Assembly: GCA_002633005.1 (NCBI GenBank)
Contig: NMRA01000197.1
Location: 315,418-379,417, forward strand
Direction: 5' to 3'
From: Phoronis australis
Taxonomy: Eukaryota; Animalia; Phoronida
Length of the DNA stretch: 64,000 nucleotides
The translations under genes and the position numbers were made by a program. The first letter of the stretch is position 1. Each line of letters starts with the position of its first letter. Shown piece after piece: positions 60,601-64,000 of the stretch. Below the pieces are notes generated by a model, which saw only the letters and a program-made list of their open reading frames with translations, was not told where the DNA came from and did no database searches.

Positions 60601-63553
60601 GTTTTTTCATGATTTCTAAGTGAGATTTAGCCTAACAAACATAACTGAAAGCGTCTGGTCTTTTTCAATTGAACTGTAGCCACACGACGGGTCCTTCAGG
60701 GTGTTAACGTTCACGCCTTCAAAAAAAAAAAGAGTAGTACAACTGCTGCATGTCACAACAGAGTGTGTGTGTTGTGGAGCCTTGTTCAGGAATTAAGAAA
60801 TCGACTCAGTATGACCACATGGCAACACTGTGACACTACAACAAGCCAGACCTTTAGGCCAGCCCTGTAATTGATGCGGTGCATGCGTCAAGATCGAGTT
60901 TTTTACCAGTATAGTAAAACACAGCATAAAGCATCGTGCTCAGGAACCAAAGCAATTCAGTGTCCTATCTTTGTTACGTATATTTCATTGTTGTTTTATT
61001 ACTTCACTGTTGTTTTTCTTGTTGAGGCCCCTCTTGGAAAGCAGTGCTATCACTGAAGAGGCCACCCTCATTTTAAATATCACAATAATAAATAAATAGA
61101 TAAATCTGTGATCAATGTTTCAATGCCTGATGCGACACTGCATCACACTTCTTTTTGTGGATGTCATGCAAACAGTATGCCTCCTTCTACAGGCATAGCA
61201 AGGAGAAACGGCATGAATGAAATCATTAAGTCCAGTGACATAGGTGCTGTTTTTTGCTGATGATTTAGTGCTGGTGTCGAATACTGTTGCTGGGTTACAA
61301 ATGAAGCTCAATGTCTTCGAAAAGTTTTGTCGAGATTGGAACTTGCTAGTTAACCCTTTCAACTCCAAGTAACTGTCGGCCATTGCGTCCCTGAACCCCA
61401 AGTAACTTAGTACACATGGGCTGAACTGAGGTGCTTGTTTTCAAAATTCCATAAACAATCCATTTATCATTGAATTTCAAAGTGTAATACACCAAAATGT
61501 AGAGAACAGAATGAACTTCACCTACAATTTCACCAAAGTTAAAAACTCTCACTCTCTCACGTGATGCAGGTAAGTAACACCTGAAATGCCGGTGTTTGTT
61601 TGCCAATTTGCCAATTCAATGTATCGTTTAAAGAATAAAAATGATTTATGAGTAACAGTACTCAACTTGCTTATCAGAACATCGTACACTCTAGAAGACT
61701 CCACATGTTCAGAAAATTTGCGAAGTTGTCGGAGTTACACGGCGTTTGTTTGACCCAATTGCGAAATTCGCGACCTGTAAAGTTTTCCTCCGGTTCAAGG
61801 CCATGTAAATCAACTTCTTTGTCGTAATAGTCAACAAAATCTGGCCAGATATATAAGAATTCCTTTTTGGATAAGTAAAAAGCATACAAATTATTGCCAA
61901 TTTCGTCATTTGAAAAGTCTACGTCTGAATCGCCGTCGGCCGACATTTTGTTTTCGCGAGTCATCGATCTAAATTCTTGGAAAACCCCTTCAATAACTCA
62001 CGTTACATCTCAGCAATGAATCAGAAAAGCTGTTAGAAATGAAGGTAAGGCTATATTTAAATTTGACGTACACAAAAGAATTCCCCTCATCAACCAATCA
62101 AATATTCTGTTGCTTGGAAGTTCCGCATATCGTGAGACCGATAAAGCAGTCCACGGTGTTGAATGGAGGTAAGTTTCAGAGACCGCTTAAGCGGTCTGCG
62201 GTGTTGAAAGGGTTAATTTGGAGAACACGAATGTTGTGGTATTTAAGCGAGGGGGCATACTTTCAAATACTGAAAGGTGGTTTTTTGGCGACAAGAAAGT
62301 AATCATACTATAAGTACCTAGGAGTCACATTGCAGACTTAAATGGACAGAGTGTAGTAGAGTACTAGCAAGCCAAGTTCGAAAAGCAATGAGCTTATTAA
62401 AGCCACTCTGTCAAAATTTAACTGCATTTCAAACTCCTTGTCTCTATGATAATGCCCATATTAACATATGGTGCAGAAATATGGGGAACATCAAGATGTT
62501 TGAATCTATTGGAAAAGTTCATAATGACTTCTGTAAATATGTTCTGAGATTGAGTATTAAAATGCCAAATGCTATGGCTCGCGGTGAATGTGGCCCACAT
62601 AACCAATAATCCATTGGACAAAATTACTTGATATGGACGAACATAGGTACCCACTGAAGTGCTATAGTATGCTTAGGGAACAAGGTGAAAATGGTAATTG
62701 TGACTGGGCACACAGTGTCAATGAAATTTTGTATAGGTACGGTTATGGAGAAGTGTGGTTATTTGGCCCAGGCGATACGAAAGTAACACAGTAATGACGC
62801 AAAAAGGCAACGGTATGCCCAAATACCAATAAATCCATAACAAAATGTTTTTATAAGAACTCGGTGCCTTTTTATGGGTTTTACATCGAAGTTTGATGAT
62901 TTATTGGTGTTAAACGATGAATTCATGTGATTAGCCGACACCAGTAACCCGTGTTGTGAACTGCTGAACAGACTGCGTGTGAAACCAATTACCTCATTGG
63001 ATAATTTCAACACCTCCGTCTGCCGTCAGGTGTCGGGTAACGCAACCGTACTTGGCGTTATGGAGTAGAACTACTCGATCTAAATTGATACAAATTAGGT
63101 TGTTTTTTGGGTGGCATGCTCCTTTAAGGGTTTTCATGCTAACTGTACCAGCACTTAACTGAACACTTAAGTGTGTTGTGCTGTACCAGCACTTAAGTGA
63201 ACACCCAAGTGCGTTGAGCCATACCAGCACTTAAGTGAACACCCACGCATGTTATACTGTACCAGCACTTAACTGAACACCCATGTGTGTTATACTGTAC
63301 CAGTACTTAACTCAACACCCACATGTGTTATACTGTACCAGCACTTAACTGAACACCCAAGTGTGCTGTACCACCACTTAAATGAACACCCACGTGTGTT
63401 GAACAGTTCCTGCAGTTAAGTGATATCCTAGAGTGTTGTACTGTACCTGAACTTTACTGAACACCCAAGTGTCCAACTTGAATAGATCCGAGCCCGCAAA
63501 GTCTTCACTCTCTGCAGGATAAGTAAACTTGAAGACACGGTCTCGGTTACCAT
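36491..63553 (-). CDS. PIGN: PIGN/MCD4 GPI ethanolamine phosphate transferase 1, 5'-partial, 19 coding exons in window
   Basis: Hand-spliced GT-AG exons give one continuous frame (2339 nt incl. stop) with PIGN motifs [112 protein letters not shown]. Confidence 0.97.
37696..38066. mobile_element. Inverted pair of Penelope-like terminal repeats (about 120-bp arms) with minimal hammerhead motifs
   Basis: Arms 37696-37816 and about 37948-38066 are reverse complements; each carries CTGATGA...GAAACGTT. Confidence 0.65.
37743..37779 (-). ncRNA. Minimal type I hammerhead ribozyme motif
   Basis: Minus strand ATC-CTGATGA-t-GTCTA-atgaa-TAGAC-GAAA-CGTT-GAT: intact core, 5-bp stem II, palindromic mini stem III, ATC/GAT stem I. 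Confidence 0.6.
38505..39003. mobile_element. hAT-like non-autonomous element, 13-bp TIR, 6-bp TSD
   Basis: CAGGGCTTGGAAT...ATTCCAAGCCCTG; TATAAT on both flanks; subterminal CGCGGAAA repeats. Confidence 0.78.
39039..39155 (-). CDS. PIGN: PIGN exon ([39 protein letters not shown])
   Basis: ttgcag acceptor, gtaagt donor, 117 nt. Confidence 0.95.
40067..40429 (+). pseudogene. KolX-like fragment, copy 2, with 6-nt and net 22-nt deletions
   Basis: MAGVGDPY...YMFEYNEAK...[10 protein letters not shown], then frameshift relative to copy 1. Confidence 0.78.
40296..41132 (-). pseudogene. THAP transposase fragment, copy 2; nonsense codon at 41064-41066
   Basis: [29 protein letters not shown]...VCGKHF...LKKDAIPS. 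Confidence 0.83.
41953..42028 (-). CDS. PIGN: PIGN exon ([25 protein letters not shown])
   Basis: tttcag acceptor, gtaagt donor, 76 nt. Confidence 0.95.
43185..43330 (-). CDS. PIGN: PIGN exon ([10 protein letters not shown]...[28 protein letters not shown])
   Basis: cctcag acceptor, gtaata donor, 146 nt; [13 protein letters not shown] motif. Confidence 0.94.
43565..43721. repeat. 13-bp minisatellite (TGCTAGACAATCC), about 12 copies
   Basis: Directly visible. Confidence 0.92.
44571..44658 (-). CDS. PIGN: PIGN exon ([29 protein letters not shown])
   Basis: U12 branch TTTCCTTAAC followed by AG acceptor, gtctgt donor, 88 nt. Confidence 0.9.
44944..45132. repeat. 15-bp minisatellite (TCAAATCCATGGTAG), about 12 copies
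   Basis: Directly visible; explains QIHGS/MDLTT ORFs. Confidence 0.93.
45637..46718 (+). mobile_element. Kolobok copy 3, interior mostly assembly gap (45995-46373), inside the PIGN U12 intron
   Basis: TTAA at 45633-45636 and 46719-46722; same TIRs; THAP start [31 protein letters not shown] at 45902, open up to the gap. Confidence 0.88.
47218..47320 (-). CDS. PIGN: PIGN exon ([33 protein letters not shown])
   Basis: ttacag acceptor, U12-type GTATCCTTT donor, 103 nt. Confidence 0.92.
47686..47787. repeat. 53-bp tandem duplication spanning a PIGN splice donor
   Basis: GCTTCAT.ATAGACTCATGTATATAAACCTAATGTAAGCCAGCTGATAT at 47686 and 47739. Confidence 0.9.
47767..47875 (-). CDS. PIGN: PIGN exon ([36 protein letters not shown])
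   Basis: tttcag acceptor, gtttat donor, 109 nt; KQGLP..NQ.ISW motif. Confidence 0.92.
48382..48505 (-). CDS. PIGN: PIGN exon ([21 protein letters not shown]...LVLGLTLFQ)
   Basis: tttcag acceptor, gtgagt donor, 124 nt, restores frame between neighbours. Confidence 0.87.
49312..49403 (-). CDS. PIGN: PIGN exon ([30 protein letters not shown])
   Basis: tcacag acceptor, gtaagg donor, 92 nt; LAVFPL.PVVGR motif. Confidence 0.92.
49396..49482. repeat. 29-bp x3 tandem repeat spanning a PIGN splice acceptor
   Basis: ACTGCCACCTGTGAACAGATCAGACATAT at 49396, 49425, 49454. Confidence 0.92.
49557..49660. repeat. 50-bp tandem duplication
   Basis: GCAGCAATGGATAACAGATACAGC..TCTGCCATATTCATTTCGTAATGA x2. Confidence 0.88.
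50957..51146 (-). CDS. PIGN: PIGN exon (RHVFSCLW...[36 protein letters not shown])
   Basis: ttacag acceptor, gtaagg donor, 190 nt. Confidence 0.9.
51270..51529 (-). mobile_element. CATGCGCGCACCC MITE family copy in a PIGN intron
   Basis: TATGCGTGCACCC...GGGTGCGCGCATG; flanks AGCAG/AACAG (4/5 TSD). Confidence 0.7.
51739..51811 (-). CDS. PIGN: PIGN exon ([23 protein letters not shown])
   Basis: ttccag acceptor, gtgagt donor, 73 nt; PWTYY.Y.LLP motif. Confidence 0.92.
52736..52896 (-). CDS. PIGN: PIGN exon ([22 protein letters not shown]...IVFLLY), first TM helices
   Basis: gttcag acceptor, gtaagt donor, 161 nt, phases match neighbours. Confidence 0.9.
53327..53406 (-). CDS. PIGN: PIGN exon ([26 protein letters not shown])
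   Basis: tttcag acceptor, gtaagt donor, 80 nt. Confidence 0.93.
53505..53740 (+). mobile_element. Old tRNA-derived SINE remnant
   Basis: TGTGGCTTAGTAG A-box-like, GATTTGAATCCC B-box-like, CCTTTGAGTAAGG core-like segment. Confidence 0.35.
53914..54141 (-). CDS. PIGN: PIGN exon ([34 protein letters not shown]...RKFTEA)
   Basis: ttgcag acceptor, gtaagt donor, 228 nt; ORF track 53887..54147. Confidence 0.94.
54561..54620 (-). CDS. PIGN: PIGN exon ([20 protein letters not shown])
   Basis: taacag acceptor, gtaagt donor, 60 nt. Confidence 0.95.
55135..55250. repeat. 21-bp degenerate tandem repeat (CACGTGCCCAATGTTCCC...)
   Basis: About 5 units. Confidence 0.8.
55450..55610 (-). CDS. PIGN: PIGN exon ([24 protein letters not shown]...VKRHDVSQ)
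   Basis: ttccag acceptor, gtacta donor, 161 nt, in frame. Confidence 0.93.
56301..56843. repeat. 16-bp minisatellite (CATACTATGCTTTATG), about 34 copies
   Basis: Directly visible; explains the three overlapping repetitive ORFs. Confidence 0.95.
57497..57627 (-). CDS. PIGN: PIGN exon ([43 protein letters not shown])
   Basis: gcttag acceptor, gtatgt donor, 131 nt; alkaline-phosphatase-superfamily DHG motif. Confidence 0.95.
58245..58962 (+). mobile_element. Helentron-associated (HINE/DINE-1-like) element fragment
   Basis: Four diverged about 155-bp internal repeats starting AAAATTGCCACTAG, (GACG)n microsatellite, terminal hairpin ATGCGTCCACATAT-AA-ATATGTGGGCGCAT (58925-58954), A-run. Confidence 0.7.
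59419..59543 (-). CDS. PIGN: PIGN exon ([41 protein letters not shown])
   Basis: gtgacag acceptor, gtaaga donor, 125 nt; conserved [11 protein letters not shown] metal-binding motif. Confidence 0.95.
61354..62212. mobile_element. piggyBac-like non-autonomous element (859 bp)
   Basis: TTAA|CCCTTTCAACTCC ... GGTGTTGAAAGGG|TTAA; 12/13 TIR match, TTAA TSD. Confidence 0.75.
62305..62772 (+). mobile_element. Degenerate LINE ORF2 fragment downstream of the RT core (RTE-X-like)
   Basis: [71 protein letters not shown] across frameshifts. Confidence 0.7.
63143..63473. repeat. About 38-bp tandem array (about 9 units) whose last unit is the PIGN exon end and donor
   Basis: CTGTACCAGCACTTAACTGAACACCCAAGTGT units versus exon junction CTGTACCTGAACTTTACTGAACACCCAAGTGT. 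Confidence 0.88.
63447..63553 (-). CDS. PIGN: PIGN exon ([35 protein letters not shown])
   Basis: ttttag acceptor, gtacag donor, 107 nt; matches PIGN EDF..D..KLDTWVF segment. Confidence 0.92.
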
Positions 63554-64000
63554 CTAAAATTACAGCAAGAAGTGGGAGCTACTTCATGACCAACATAAAC
63601 AATTGTTACGTAAACAATCCCTAACTGATCAATAAGAGAATTAACCTATTGCAACTGTAACCCAATCATACTTAGTCCTACCTGAATATGAGACATGACA
63701 AGTTTCAAAAACCCGTCTTTTCACTATTTGCTTAAGTACTAGTCCACGAGAGCACCAGCCATGAGCGGCAAGGTGGGGGTCAGCCGATTTTCACCAAATT
63801 TGGCACATAGGTAGTCCTATGGGATCTATAAACAGCGGTAAAACATTTCCTCAAAATATTGCGTTTTTCTAAAGTTATAGGCTCAAACACATTTTACGGC
63901 TTCGCAGCCATGTTTTCACGGTATAAAAACTGTCCAGTTTTAACTGTTCATATTTTTCCTTGAATGAAAGCTATTGATTTATTATTCACTGGGCATTGTT

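Overview
AT-rich, repeat-rich animal genomic DNA (probably an invertebrate; taxon not determinable here) with two assembly gaps (15222-15388, 45995-46373). The right half holds the 3' 19 coding exons of a minus-strand PIGN/MCD4 gene (GPI ethanolamine-phosphate transferase 1; 63553 to stop at 36491, about 778 codons, all splice phases consistent; 5' exons lie beyond the window). One intron (44659-47217) is a clear U12-type minor intron. Three copies of an internally deleted Kolobok DNA transposon (TTAA TSDs, about 155-bp TIRs, convergent THAP-transposase and KolX/P2X7-ballast-like gene stubs) lie within 21 kb, two of them inverted in PIGN introns. Also present: an inverted Penelope-like repeat pair with minimal hammerhead motifs in the last PIGN intron, tandem duplications at four PIGN exon ends, P-like, hAT-like, piggyBac-like and Helentron-like non-autonomous elements, LINE and SINE remnants, many minisatellites and a tentative small plus-strand membrane-protein gene. 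Most short ORFs in the track are spurious. All family assignments are from recognised motifs, not database searches.
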